Under the pieces are notes generated by a model that searched no databases, was not told the DNA's origin, and saw only the letters and a list, made by a program, of their open reading frames with translations. A program made the position numbers and the translations under genes. A stretch of 61,909 nucleotides of DNA from an uncultured virus (IMG/VR IMGVR_UViG_2061766007_004349) (taxonomy: Duplodnaviria > Heunggongvirae > Uroviricota > Caudoviricetes): IMG/VR virus record IMGVR_UViG_2061766007_004349; one strand, written 5' to 3'. The stretch's first letter is position 1, and every line of letters starts with the position of its first letter. Positions 1-10,619 of this stretch are shown here, piece after piece.

Positions 1-1
1 C

Positions 2-337
2 GCTCACATGAAGGCCCTCGACGTGAATTGCGGGTGCGGCGTCGCACACAACGGAATCATCCGGCTGACCACAGACACCACGAACAGGGAGTTCAGCGAC
101 ACAGCGATTTTCATCACCGATTACCTTTCAACCATCATCCGGCGGCCAGATGACCTGAAAGACCCGGATGTGCTCCGGCTCATCTACCGGCTGGCGGGCT
201 CCAAATTCGCCATCATGGACGCCAGCGGGTACATCGCCACGGTTGGGGAGTTCATCAACGAAAAGGGAATCCTCTACAGCAACAGAACCTACTGTGCGCC
301 TCGGGACTACCTGGGAACCTACGCCCGGCGCGGATAA
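2..337 (+). CDS. Class II glutamine amidotransferase-like protein, C-terminal part (allelic copy of 728-1186)
   Basis: AHNGII and SDT motifs; near-identical to 1006-1186; 5' end outside window. Confidence 0.7.
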   Translation, partial: AHMKALDVNCGCGVAHNGIIRLTTDTTNREFSDTAIFITDYLSTIIRRPDDLKDPDVLRLIYRLAGSKFAIMDASGYIATVGEFINEKGILYSNRTYCAPRDYLGTYARRG

Positions 338-617
338 GCCGGGCGGGGTTTCGCCTGGGCTTTCAAATCAAACCGCCTGACGATGGCCTCCGGCACAGGC
401 CGAAACCCACCCGCATCGGGTGTGGNNNNNNNNNNGGGTGGAAGACATCGAGCAGGTACAGCGGGTCTGGGATGACCACGGCAAACGGCGCTTCGAAATC
501 ATCGCCAAGGGCAAGCGGTACACCATCCGCTGACACCTTCCGCCGCCGGAACACAGACCGACGAAAATACCGCTTGACTTCCGGCGGCGGGAGAGTGNNN
601 NNNNNNNCGAAAACACC

Positions 618-649
618 GCTTGACTTCCGGCGGCGGGAGAGTGATGAAT
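618..649 (+). promoter_or_regulatory. Putative element-specific promoter GCTTGACTT-N12-GAGTGA-N2-AAT
   Basis: TTGACT -35-like hexamer upstream of GATase; same motif and spacing at 3234-3265 (-). Confidence 0.5.
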
Positions 650-727
650 CACCTGCCCCAACGGGGAACGCCGCCCGGCTTTCAAATCAAGAACGGCCAT
701 TGGCCGGAAATACAGGAGGAAAATCAC

Positions 728-1186
728 ATGTGTATCATCTGCGTATCGCCCGCAAAAATCAGACAGCCTTCCATCAGCTCCATCCGAACCATGTTTGAAG
801 CGAATCCCCACGGCGCGGGATACATGTACGCCCGAGACGGCATGGTTCACATCAGCAAGGGCTACATGAACATCGATGATTTCCTGGCCGCCCTGAAGGA
901 TGAACACTTCACCGCAAAAGACCCGGTGGTGTACCACTTCCGCATCAGCACACAGGCCGGGGTGAACCCCCAAATGACGCATCCCTTCCCGCTTTCAAAT
1001 CAACGTGCTCACATGAAGGCCCTCGACGTGAACTGCGGGTGCGGCGTCGCACACAACGGAATCATCCGGCTGACCACTGACCCTACGAACCTGGAGTACA
1101 GTGACACAGCAATTTTCATCACCGATTACCTTTCGGCCATCATCCGGCGGCCAGATGACCTGAAAGACCCGGATGTGCTCCGGCTC
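728..1186 (+). CDS. Class II (Ntn) glutamine amidotransferase-like protein, truncated by gap
   Basis: AGGAGG RBS, then MCII (N-terminal Cys nucleophile), NPHGAG, HFRIST, HPF and AHNG motifs. Confidence 0.8.
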
Positions 1187-1719
1187 NNNNNNNNNNNNNN
1201 NNNNNNNNNNNNNNNNNNNNNNNNNNNNNNNNNNNNNNNNNNNNNNNNNNNNNNNNNNNNNNNNNNNNNNNNNNNNNNNNNNNNNNNNNNNNNNNNNNNN
1301 NNNNNNNNNNNNNNNNNNNNNNNNNNNNNNNNNNNNNNNNNNNNNNNNNNNNNNNNNNNNNNNNNNNNNNNNNNNNNNNNNNNNNNNNNNNNNNNNNNNN
1401 NNNNNNNNNNNNNNNNNNNNNNNNNNNNNNNNNNNNNNNNNNNNNNNNNNNNNNNNNNNNNNNNNNNNNNNNNNNNNNAGACAATAGGCACCGCAGAGAC
1501 ACACGAATTCAGCCGCTTTCCAGTCCGGAAGGTGGCTTTCGTCATTTTCGGCGGGCTTTTAAGTCAAGGCCGTTTCGGGCCGCCGTTCGCGCCGTTTGGC
1601 CCGGTCGGGTTTTCCCTCGACCCTTGCGGCAAAGCCCGCGACAGGGGCAAACGTGCGCCAACACGGGCAACGAAAAAGCGGCCAGCGTATTGGCTGAACC
1701 GCTTTCCGTTCCATGGGGA

Positions 1720-2241
1720 TTACGTCTTCTTCAACAGGTCGACGGCGACCTCCACAGTGTCGCCCTTCTCCCGGAAGCGTACCACAATCTCACCGTCGGC
1801 TGCCTGATACAGCGCCTGGAAGGGGCGCTCCCAGATCTGTGTCAGACCGGGGCATTCCCGGATCGCCTCTGATCTGATCTCGGCGAAATCCACACCGCCC
1901 GCTTTCCACTTCTGGAAAATCCGGATGAGCCTGGGCACATGCTCCGCTTTGATGGTCTTCAAGGCTTCTTCGCCGGCCACGGCTTTGAAATCAGCATCGG
2001 GTGTGTCTTCCTGGAAGAACGCCCAGCATTCGATGGGCAGCGGATTCCGCATGAAGTCAAGCATCGATTCTGCTGAGCCGCAGTCATCGCATAAATAGAT
2101 GCCGTCGGCGTGTCTGCTCAGCGCGTTGGTGGTCAGCGTTGGTTTCATCGTATACCGCCCACAGCGCGGGCAGGGCATATGTTCGCCCGCTTCCTGCCGG
2201 GCTCTCAAATCAAGCAGGGCTTCCTGAATGCTATTACTCAT
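1720..2241 (-). CDS. Phage hypothetical protein with CxxC...CxxC zinc ribbon
   Basis: MSNSIQEALL start after purine-rich RBS; CPRCG...NALSR...LCDDCG. Confidence 0.7.
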   Translation of the reverse strand: MSNSIQEALLDLRARQEAGEHMPCPRCGRYTMKPTLTTNALSRHADGIYLCDDCGSAESMLDFMRNPLPIECWAFFQEDTPDADFKAVAGEEALKTIKAEHVPRLIRIFQKWKAGGVDFAEIRSEAIRECPGLTQIWERPFQALYQAADGEIVVRFREKGDTVEVAVDLLKKT

Positions 2242-3206
2242 TCTCTTCCTCCTCCTCCACCATGACCTCCGGCACATCCGGTCCTTGTTCAGCCACCCGG
2301 CGTTCCCGGCGGATAGCCGTGTACTTTTCTTTGTGAGCCTGCATCTTGGCTCCGTTAGCGAAGGCGCAATAGCCGCGCAGATGGCCCAGCAGGATTTTCC
2401 GTTCAGCTTTGGAATCACCGCCGCTGTNNNNNNNNNNTATGCGCCAGGTACTTTTCGTTCTCCTCGGTAGGTTCCACCTGCTCCGGAGACACCCGCATGG
2501 CCTTCACCGCCGCATCGTAAATCCGGTTCAGCAGATTGGCGTAGGCAGTCCAACGTTCCGGCTGTGTCTCATTGAAGGGGAATGTCATCGTCACCTTGCC
2601 GTCCCGGAAATCAAATCCGGTCAGGCCGTCGGCTCTGGAATCGTCCAGCAGTTCGGTGAAAGCTTCCGGCGTTTCCGGCGTGCTCTCCCGCAGGCGGTCA
2701 ATCAGGATGCCGGGAATGCTCAGGCAGCCGCTCTGGGTCATACTGTTNNNNNNNNNNNNNNNNNNNNNNNNNNNNNNNNNNNNNNNNNNNNGCATGAAGG
2801 TCAGGTTTTTCAGCTGCGCCGGAGTGATGCCCCGCGCCGGAATCGAAATCTCCATGCTCGTGACGGGGTCCCGCGCTTCTGAATCAGCGGGCGCTTCTTC
2901 AGGCGGAATGCTGTCCGTTTCAGGANNNNNNNNNNNNNNNNNCAGGGCAGGCGCTCCAGCGTTTTCCTCTTCCGCAGTCGTTTCCTGATCGGCGTTTTCC
3001 CCTGTGATATAGCTGTTCCGCAGCAGGAAATCCCGCAACGCTCCGAAATCATCTCCGATGATACTGCCGTCCCGGTCAACGGTGTATTCACCAATCTGGT
3101 AGGCGTAAGTAGGTGCCCGCAGATAAACAGCAGGCGTCCCCAGTTCCTCGGCGATGGCTTTGGCCAGCGCTTTGCGGTCGGTTGTGTTGGTTCTAATCGT
3201 CATCAT
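2234..3206 (-). CDS. Phage hypothetical ('virulence-related protein' type), broken by gaps
   Basis: RKALAKAI...YLRAPTYAYQIG N-terminus; NEKY and ERKILL...L.GYCAF C-terminus; GGAGG RBS. Confidence 0.65.
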
Positions 3207-3233
3207 GCCTTCCTCCTTTGATTTTGGTATGAC

Positions 3234-3265
3234 ATTACTCACTCAAAAGGGCATGAAAGTCAAGC
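3234..3265 (-). promoter_or_regulatory. Putative promoter GCTTGACTT-N12-GAGTGA-N2-AAT
   Basis: Matches the 618-649 motif; just upstream of the RBS of the 3206 gene. Confidence 0.5.
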
Positions 3266-3321
3266 AGAAATACGAGTTTCAGGCATTTTTGTTTTCATCC
3301 GGGCACACTTACTCTTCTTCA

Positions 3322-4107
3322 TCAGAACAGGCCCCATTCGGCAAACTTCTCAAAGCCGCCCAGGGACTGAATGTACATTCTGGCCTCTTTCACAATCTCG
3401 CCGAAGGGGACGCCGTCTACGGTATCATCACCGATAGCGCAGCAGAGGGAGACAGGTTCACCTGTGCGCTGGGCCTTAAGGAAAGCGTGGATATTGACGG
3501 ATACGTCCGCTTTGGTCAGGTCTTTGCCATGCAGCCCGCCGCCGGTAACGCTGTCAGCCATGTCGCTGCCCAGCTTCCGGTTCGTCGCGCCGCTGTCCAC
3601 ATCCGGCCCGCCCGTCCAAGCGCCCAGGGGATTGATTTCCGCACCGGGAAACTCAGCAGCCAGGTCGGTGGTAGTGGCGTTGCTCTGGCAGATGATCAGG
3701 CGCTCCCCGTCCAGAATGTATTTACCATCATAGGGATACTTTTCGTAGATGCGCCGGGCGATGGCGGACAGCTGTTTTTGCTCTTTTGTCAGTGGCATAC
3801 CCTTGAAGATACCGTTGTCGCCACAGCGGAAGCCTTCCGCCTGATTGGCGGCGAGACGGGCATCCTGGGCCACTTCGCAGTAGTCCGTGACAATGCCTTC
3901 GCCCGCGATGCGGGTGACGGTATCCTGCACAAAGGTGACCGGGATATGTACGAAAGTCTCCGCAATGATGTGGCACAACCCGTGCCCGAGCAGCACCTCC
4001 ACCGCGATTCGGGGATTGTCATGTACGGAGTAGGCGTAGTCAACCAGCGAGCCGGCGATGCGGTCGCCGATTTTGTCAACATGCGATGGGTTCACTTTTT
4101 CTATCAT
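3322..4107 (-). CDS. metK: Compact phage-type S-adenosylmethionine synthetase
   Basis: EKVNPSHVDKIGDRI, GDNG, DSGATNRKL and GGGLHGKDLTKADVS motifs; about 261 aa. Confidence 0.85.
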   Translation of the reverse strand: MIEKVNPSHVDKIGDRIAGSLVDYAYSVHDNPRIAVEVLLGHGLCHIIAETFVHIPVTFVQDTVTRIAGEGIVTDYCEVAQDARLAANQAEGFRCGDNGIFKGMPLTKEQKQLSAIARRIYEKYPYDGKYILDGERLIICQSNATTTDLAAEFPGAEINPLGAWTGGPDVDSGATNRKLGSDMADSVTGGGLHGKDLTKADVSVNIHAFLKAQRTGEPVSLCCAIGDDTVDGVPFGEIVKEARMYIQSLGGFEKFAEWGLF

Positions 4108-4224
4108 CAGGAAAGCTCCTTTCGACCTCAAGTTGGGTTTATGCCTACCGGCAGAAGAATTTGCAATTGCTCCACACCATTTTTCATGATATAATGCTCG
4201 TACCAATCACGAGGAGGTGTCCGT

Positions 4225-4482
4225 ATGGCAGAGAAGTTCATTCCCTACGAAAAGCTCTCCAAGAAAAAGAAGAGAGAGCTGAACGCGAAACGCAGGAACA
4301 CATGGGGCAGCCTGAATCCCGTCACAAGGAAACCGGCCAGCTCCAGGGCGTACGACAGACGCAAGGCGCGGAAGTGGATTCATGATGAATTCCCTACCGC
4401 GCCTTTTGTATTTGAAAAAGCCCCCGCACCGCGAAGGCTTCATCCTTTTTTACTCCTGCATGATAACATGTCAAGCCCCTGA
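4225..4482 (+). CDS. Small basic phage hypothetical protein
   Basis: GAGGAGG RBS, TATAAT upstream; MAEKFIPYEKLSKK...RRNTWGSLNPVTR. Confidence 0.65.
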   Translation: MAEKFIPYEKLSKKKKRELNAKRRNTWGSLNPVTRKPASSRAYDRRKARKWIHDEFPTAPFVFEKAPAPRRLHPFLLLHDNMSSP

Positions 4483-4516
4483 AAACAAGATGAAATTCAG
4501 CGAAACTTCAATGAAA

Positions 4517-4933
4517 TCAAGCGAAATTCAAGCTTTTTTCAATATTGTTTTTCGCTTCCCTGATGATCATCTGCACACGGCGCACTCCGACGCCGCTTTC
4601 CATAGCGATGACGTCATTCTGCTTCCCTTCGATGTATCGCATCGTCATCATCTGGATTTCCTGCGGATCCGTCAGAAGGCCAATCCAGTACATGGCTGTT
4701 GTCTGCAATTCGGCCAATTCTTCTTTCAGGGAAGACAGATCACGTTCTGCGTCTACGACTGCGGACACTTTTTCACCCATGGCGTCCATGTTCCGGCTAT
4801 GGGTTACACGCTCTGTGTCGAACGGCGCACTGCTGGCGCACAGCGTATCACGATACGTCTGGACGCGTCTTTCCGTTACCGCAATCAGCTTCACCACATA
4901 TTCCAATCTGTCAAAACGTTCTGAAACTGTCAT
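4517..4933 (-). CDS. DUF1492/RinA-ArpU-like transcriptional activator
   Basis: Coiled coil plus C-terminal sigma-r4-like HTH (MRYIEGK...IA...VRRV); position after SNF2. Confidence 0.6.
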   Translation of the reverse strand: MTVSERFDRLEYVVKLIAVTERRVQTYRDTLCASSAPFDTERVTHSRNMDAMGEKVSAVVDAERDLSSLKEELAELQTTAMYWIGLLTDPQEIQMMTMRYIEGKQNDVIAMESGVGVRRVQMIIREAKNNIEKSLNFA

Positions 4934-5148
4934 TCCTCCATCTCCTTCCTCAGCCGTTTAATCAGGTATTCTCCGGGCACTTCCGTCAACTGGGCGTACC
5001 AGCGGGAACGGAAGAACCGTTCGATCTTCAGCGCGTCCTTCGTCGCTTCTCTGTTCCCAGGGTCTTTTCTGATCCGCCGCAGATCCGCCCTGTAGTCCTC
5101 CGCAGCCCGTTCTATGATCGCATTCGCCAGGTCGTGCCAGCAGTCCAT
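4930..5148 (-). CDS. Phage hypothetical protein
   Basis: LANAIIERAAEDYR...ERFFRSRWY...L pattern; stop overlaps next start. Confidence 0.7.
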   Translation of the reverse strand: MDCWHDLANAIIERAAEDYRADLRRIRKDPGNREATKDALKIERFFRSRWYAQLTEVPGEYLIKRLRKEMEE

Positions 5149-5248
5149 TCCGCACACTCCGTTTCCTCCTGCGTTCTTCACGCATGATATTCGCCAGCGC
5201 CGCCCCGGCGGTCGGGTCGCTGTAGCCCTCACGGTTCCTGTAACTCAC
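4958..5248 (-). CDS. Small phage hypothetical (NREGYSDPTA type); 3' part overlaps next gene
   Basis: Recognisable N-terminal motif; long overlap makes the true end uncertain. Confidence 0.4.
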   Translation of the reverse strand: MSYRNREGYSDPTAGAALANIMREERRRKRSVRNGLLARPGECDHRTGCGGLQGGSAADQKRPWEQRSDEGRAEDRTVLPFPLVRPVDGSARRIPD

Positions 5249-5481
5249 GCCGATCCACCGCCTTTGCTCTTCTTCTCAAGGTAGCTGTAGACTTCCATCC
5301 CCAAATCCATGGCCAGCGAATGATTGTTCCACTTCTCTCCTGCCAGGGCGGAGATGTCCTTTGCTGCCTTTTCCCAGAACGCGGCGCTTGCTTCTGTCCC
5401 GGTTGTGGGCGGGTCATGATGCTCTTTCAAGTAAATCCAGATATCCCGGATGATCTGCTTCTCAGTTTCCACTGCTTTCAA
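5245..5481 (-). CDS. Hypothetical protein
   Basis: GGAGG RBS; coupled to neighbouring genes. Confidence 0.55.
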   Translation of the reverse strand: MKAVETEKQIIRDIWIYLKEHHDPPTTGTEASAAFWEKAAKDISALAGEKWNNHSLAMDLGMEVYSYLEKKSKGGGSA

Positions 5482-8016
5482 CCTCCGCCTTCACGGCATC
5501 GATCAGGGCTTCCTGTATCCGGTCCTTCTCCGCTAGCGCTTTCAGCACCCTGGCGTCTACAGTGTCTTTTGTAACGATATGTGTGATGACAACGGTTTCA
5601 GCTTTCTGCCCCTGCCGGAACAGACGGGCGTTCATCTGCTGGTACAGCTCCAGCGACCAGGTGGGTGTAAACCAGCAGATCGTGTTCCCGCCTTCCTGCA
5701 GGTTCAGCCCGTGCCCGGTTGATGCGGGATGCGCAAGGCCGACCTGTATCTGTCCGGCGTTCCACCGTTTCAGGGACGCTTCTGAATCCAGCCGTTCAAA
5801 AGGAACGCCGATCTGCGCCAGGCGCTCCGTTATCCGCTGCAGGTCATGCTTGAACCAGTACCCAACCAGCAGTGGCCTGCCATTCATGCCTTCGATGATG
5901 TCTTCCAAGGCATCCAGCTTTCGGGCGTGGATGCGGATTACGCCTCCATCATCGGAGTATATCGCTCCGCTGGATAGCTGCAGGAGCTTGCCCGTCAGCG
6001 TTGCCGCGTTTGCCGCGGTGATCTCACCCTCCGGAAGGGACAGCACAAGATCCTGCTTCATTTCCTCATACACAGCTTTCTCTCTGGGGGACATCTCCAC
6101 CTCATAGCTGGTGGTGATGAGTTCCGGCATTTTCAGATGCCCGCAGGCCTTCATGCTGATGGTGATGTCTCCGATGCGGCGGTATATCTCCTCCTCAGCG
6201 CCGGGCAGGGGCTTGTAGCTGTACACGATGGGTCCGTTCATCCTATCGGGCGTGAAAAACGCGTTCCGGTACTGCCCGATGAAGCGGCCCAGCCGCTGGC
6301 CCATATCCAGCAGACGGAATTCAGCGAACAAATCCATCAAACCGTTGCTGGAAGGAGTGCCTGTCAGGCCGACCACCCTTTTTACACGGGGACGGACTTT
6401 CATCAACGCCTTGAAGCGCTTCGCCTGCCAGCTTTTGAAGGATGACAACTCGTCGACCACCAGCATGTCGAAGCCGAAGGGNNNNNNNNNNACGCACCTC
6501 CGCCTTCACTGCATCTATCAGGGCTTCCTGTATCCGGTCCTTCTCTGCCAGCGCTTTCAACACTCTGGCGTCCACGGTGTCCTTCGTCACGATGTGGGTG
6601 ATCACCACAGTCTCCGCTTTCTGCCCCTGACGGTACAGGCGCGCGTTCATCTGCTGGTACAGTTCCAGCGACCACGTCGGCGTGAACCAGCANNNNNNNN
6701 NNNNNNNNNNNNNNNNNNNNNNNNNNNNNNNNNNGTTCAGCCCGTGACCGGTTGATGCGGGGTGCACCAGCCCGACTTTTATTTTCCCCTCGTTCCATCG
6801 CTTCATGGACGCTTCTGTGTCCAGCCGCTCGAAGGGAANNNNNNNNNNNNNNNNNNNNNNNNAGCAGGGGTCTTCCATTCATCCCTTCGATAATGTCCTC
6901 CAGGGCGTCCAGTTTCCGGTCATGGATCCGGATCACGCCGCCATCGTCGGCGTATATCGCCCCGCTGGACAGCTGCAGGAGCTTGCCCGTCAGGGTCGCA
7001 GCGTTCGCCGCTGTGATCTCGCCGTCCGGAAGGGACAGCACAAGATCCTGCTTCATTTCCTCATACACAGCTTTCTCTCTGGGGGACATTTCCACTTCAT
7101 AGCTGGTGGTGATGAGTTCCGGCATTTTTAGATGCCCGCAGGCCTTCATGCTGATGGTGATGTCGCTGATGCGCCGGTAGATTTCCTCTTCCGCGCCGGG
7201 CAGGGGCTTGTAGCTGTACACGATGGGGCCGNNNNNNNNNNNNNNNNNNNNNNNNNNNNNNNNNNNNNNNNNNNNNNNNNNNNNNNNNNNNNNNNNNNNN
7301 NNNNNNNNNNAAGGCCGTTGCTGGAAGGAGTGCCTGTCAGGCCGACCACCCTTTTTACGCGGGGACGGACTTTCATCAGCGCCTTGAACCGCTTCGCCTG
7401 CCAGCTTTTGAAGGATGNNNNNNNNNNNNNNNNNNNNNNNNNNNNNNNNNNNNNNNNNNNNNNNNNNNNNNNNNNNNNNNNNNNNNNNNNNNNNNNNNNN
7501 NNNNNNNNNNNNNNNNNNNNNNNNNNNNNNNNNNNNNNNNNNNNNNNNNNNNNNNNNNNNNNNNNNNNNNNNNNNNNNNNNNAACGCGTAGTGGGGCGAT
7601 GATAAGGGGCTTGTGAACCTCAAAGCTGTCAAACAGCAGATCCGCGATGGCAGTCAGGGAGATGACCGTTTTGCCCAGACCCATATCGAGNNNNNNNNNN
7701 TGATGTAGATGTCCGCGTCCTTCCGCAGCGCCGCCTGACGCTCCTGGGCTGTGCCTGTGATGACCGACCATGTCAGGCTTTGAAGGTGATCCCATTTCTG
7801 AATTTCGGCGGGCCAGGTGTCGCGGGCGACGCGGAGCGGGGCGATGATAAGGGGCTTGTGAACCTCAAAGCTGTCGAACATCAGGTGTTCAATCGCCGTT
7901 AGCGTGATAACCGTCTTTCCTCAGCCCAAGCCCATATCCAGCAGCAGGGCCGCTTGTTCATGACTCAGAATGTGCCTGACCGCAAACGTCTGATAGTCAT
8001 GGGGTACGAACTTCAC
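5462..8016 (-). CDS. Phage SNF2-family helicase, present as overlapping fragments of at least two alleles
   Basis: GTG start 8016; DMGLGKT, APLRV, VVDELS, GLTGTP, GHGLNLQ and QMNARL motifs; one allele has an in-frame TGA at 7921-7923. Confidence 0.85.
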
Positions 8017-8282
8017 CGGGCATCACCTCCAATCTCATCCAGCATCCCGGCAATATCCGCCGGATTGTCCAGTACGTATGCTTTGAATCCCAGCCGCCGC
8101 AGGAGACCGTNNNNNNNNNNTTTGCCGAGGGCCTTGACTTCCACAAACGCCAACCGTCCTCGGGGCAGGAGCACCAGTCTGTCCGGCATGCCGTCGAAGG
8201 CTGGGCTCACAAATTTCAGGGCGATGCCGCCGCGCTTTCGCGCCGCTTTAACAAGGGCCTGTTCTACCGTTTTTTCTCTCAC
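8013..8282 (-). CDS. VRR-NUC domain nuclease
   Basis: GMPDRLVL...FVEVKA PD-(D/E)xK motif. Confidence 0.85.
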   Translation of the reverse strand: MREKTVEQALVKAARKRGGIALKFVSPAFDGMPDRLVLLPRGRLAFVEVKALGKXXXXGLLRRLGFKAYVLDNPADIAGMLDEIGGDAR

Positions 8283-8290
8283 AGACACTT

Positions 8291-8560
8291 TGTCATGATT
8301 TGAAAAAGCGCCTTGCAATCTGTATGACATTTGAAAACCTCCCATTTATAAGGGCTCGTGACCTTTTGTCATATTGTCATGCAGTCCTATAGGGGAAAAA
8401 ACAATATGGGAGGAGTAGTCCTGAAATTGAGAGAGATAGATATAGTCAATTTTGGTCTTTATAAGGATTTTTGAAAAAATGACAAAAGTCCAAAGGCCAG
8501 TATTTTCAAGGGTTGCCGTCCTCATATCCTGTCATACTCCTCCATGACAAATACATGACA
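8291..8560. repeat. TGTCAT/ATGACA iteron-like cluster, putative replication origin
   Basis: Eight copies (8291, 8324, 8367, 8375, 8479, 8530, 8544, 8555) around an AT-rich core, downstream of DUF3987. Confidence 0.55.
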
Positions 8561-8561
8561 A

Positions 8562-10083
8562 TTACTGCAAAAAGGTCTGATTCCAAAGCGGGTTCACCAG
8601 ATACTGTGGCAACGGCGGTCGTCCGGAATAGCGCTTTTCACAGGGCAACTGGCTGATATAGCCGTAGTCCTCCAGGAAATCCAGCACGGGCTGAATCTCG
8701 CTGACGGTCTTAAAGCTCTGGCAGTAGCGCATGGCTGTTCTCCGGTCAAACTCCTTCAGCCCTTTCTCCGCAATTGCCTTCAGGATTCGGCTGGCTTGTA
8801 CGTACATGGGCTTTTCCGGAAGCACGTCATAGGCGGCGATGGCGTTGCTGAGATAGTACCNNNNNNNNNNNNNNNNNNNNNNNNNNNNNNNNNNNNNNNN
8901 NNNNNNNNNNNNNNNNNNGTTATCGGCAATCTCATCCAGAAAGCCATGCCCCAGATAGACATTGGCCCGGCAGAACAATCCGGCGATACGCAGCGTATTG
9001 CCGATCAGCTTGCCCGCCCAATCCGCGATATCCACATATTCCCTGGTTAGCTTGGGTTCAAACTCGGAAGAAAAAGCGGATAACAGCCTTCTGGCTTCCG
9101 GACTGACTTTGATCGTGCAGGGCGTTCCGGAGTATTCGTCTTCCAGCAAATTGACAATCTTCCGGTCGTACTGGCCGGATACAGTTTCGGACACGGGCGT
9201 ACTGTCATACAGCCGGGTACCGACCCTGGAATCCGGGATACAGTAGAGGAAGCGGGCCGTCAGACCGCGCCCACGGAAGGTCTTGTTTCCAAGCACAGCC
9301 GAAACAACACCGGGCTGCGCCATGAGGAGCACCGTAAGGGCCGGATTCATGACGCTCTCGCTTTCCCTGCCGATACGGTCTACGCGGATCGTGTCTCCTG
9401 AATACCCTTTCAGCATGACGTCGATGTTCACGTTCTTCGTGTAGATGCCCGCAAGGGTGTCGAAAATACCGCCCTCGCTGGAGACCAGCGCAGCCCTGCC
9501 TTTGTTGGCGGACAGGACAGAAACCAGCTTTTCAGTCGTGATGTCATCCACATACAGCTGTAGCGGTTTTTCCTCTTCGAAATCAGCGACCTCTCTGGCA
9601 ATCCGCTCCAGTTCTTCCTTCTCAACCTTGCCCTTGGCGAACTGTTCCTCCGCGGCTTTCTGCCTGCGTTCAAGCGCCCGCTTCAGCATTTTGCTGTTCT
9701 CCACGTTGGCGGCGTTCCTCAGATTAAACTGCTGCTCAAAGGTATTGAGGGGACGCAGCATCATGTTCAGAACAGCGGACTTGCGCTCGGATGGCAGCGC
9801 GGAAACCAGCGCATAGGTATTCAGCGGCTCCAGCCAGTCCGCTTTGCCCTGGATACGGTATTTGCCCTGCAGGCAAACAGACAGAATGGAAAGAGCGACG
9901 GTCGCGGCCATATCCACCGGCGTCTGCGTGCTTTCAGCAACGGCGGACACATAATCCGCGATGTCTTTCGGCAGCGCGTCCAGGGGAAACGGCATGATGG
10001 TGTGTCTGTAGAATGGAATCGGCTCTTCCCAGCCAGACGAGATTTCTTCAAAATCCGCCTGGGCCTCCGCCGCTTTTTCAGCC
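8562..10083 (-). CDS. DUF3987/YfjI-family replication helicase-like domain (5' end lost at gap)
   Basis: FPLDALP, PSERKS, DDITTEKL, SSEGG, GDTIRVDR and RGLTARFL motifs; C-terminal wHTH-like region. Confidence 0.8.
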
Positions 10084-10093
10084 NNNNNNNNNN

Positions 10094-10609
10094 ACACAGG
10101 ATGTCCCGACTGATGCCCTGGACGCAGTTTTCCACCAGCTTGCCGCCCCAGGTTTCGATCCGTTCCCATTTCTTCGTACTGCCGACGCCCATATAGGTTG
10201 CCGCCGGTGATCCAAAATGGTTTTCCCCGATCCGGGGCTTCACATAGGAAAGCTGGCGGCCCGAGGGCAAGGTAATGAACAGCATGCCGGAGCGGACAGA
10301 GAACAAAAGCCCGTGGGTCCTGGTAGTGGTTTTCTCCCGAATTGCTGTCATGACTGCGCCATCCACATCCCACCAAAGCCTGACGATGTTGGGATTGGAT
10401 GCGCGCCACGCCTGCACCAGCGGGGCAAGCTCCTCCTCCTGGAGGCCCATCTCCAATGCGCCCATGGCCTTTAAGGCGCCAGTTGAGCCGCTATAGCCCA
10501 GGGCCAGCTCCGCGATCTTACCTTTTTGCCGCAAGTGCCCGTTCACACCGTGCTTCTCCACAGGCACCTTGAACATTTGGCTAGCGGAGGCGCAGTAGAT
10601 ATCACCGCC
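10094..10609 (-). CDS. Family A DNA polymerase fragment (second allele)
   Basis: GDIYCASAS, RQKGKIAELALGY, LPSGR and KLVENCVQ motifs. Confidence 0.8.
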
Positions 10610-10619
10610 NNNNNNNNNN

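Noticed and set aside
3154..4194. Long antisense ORFs (also 11505-12764, 27541-28770, 60565-61272)
   Set aside because: Shadows of well-supported genes in GC-rich DNA.
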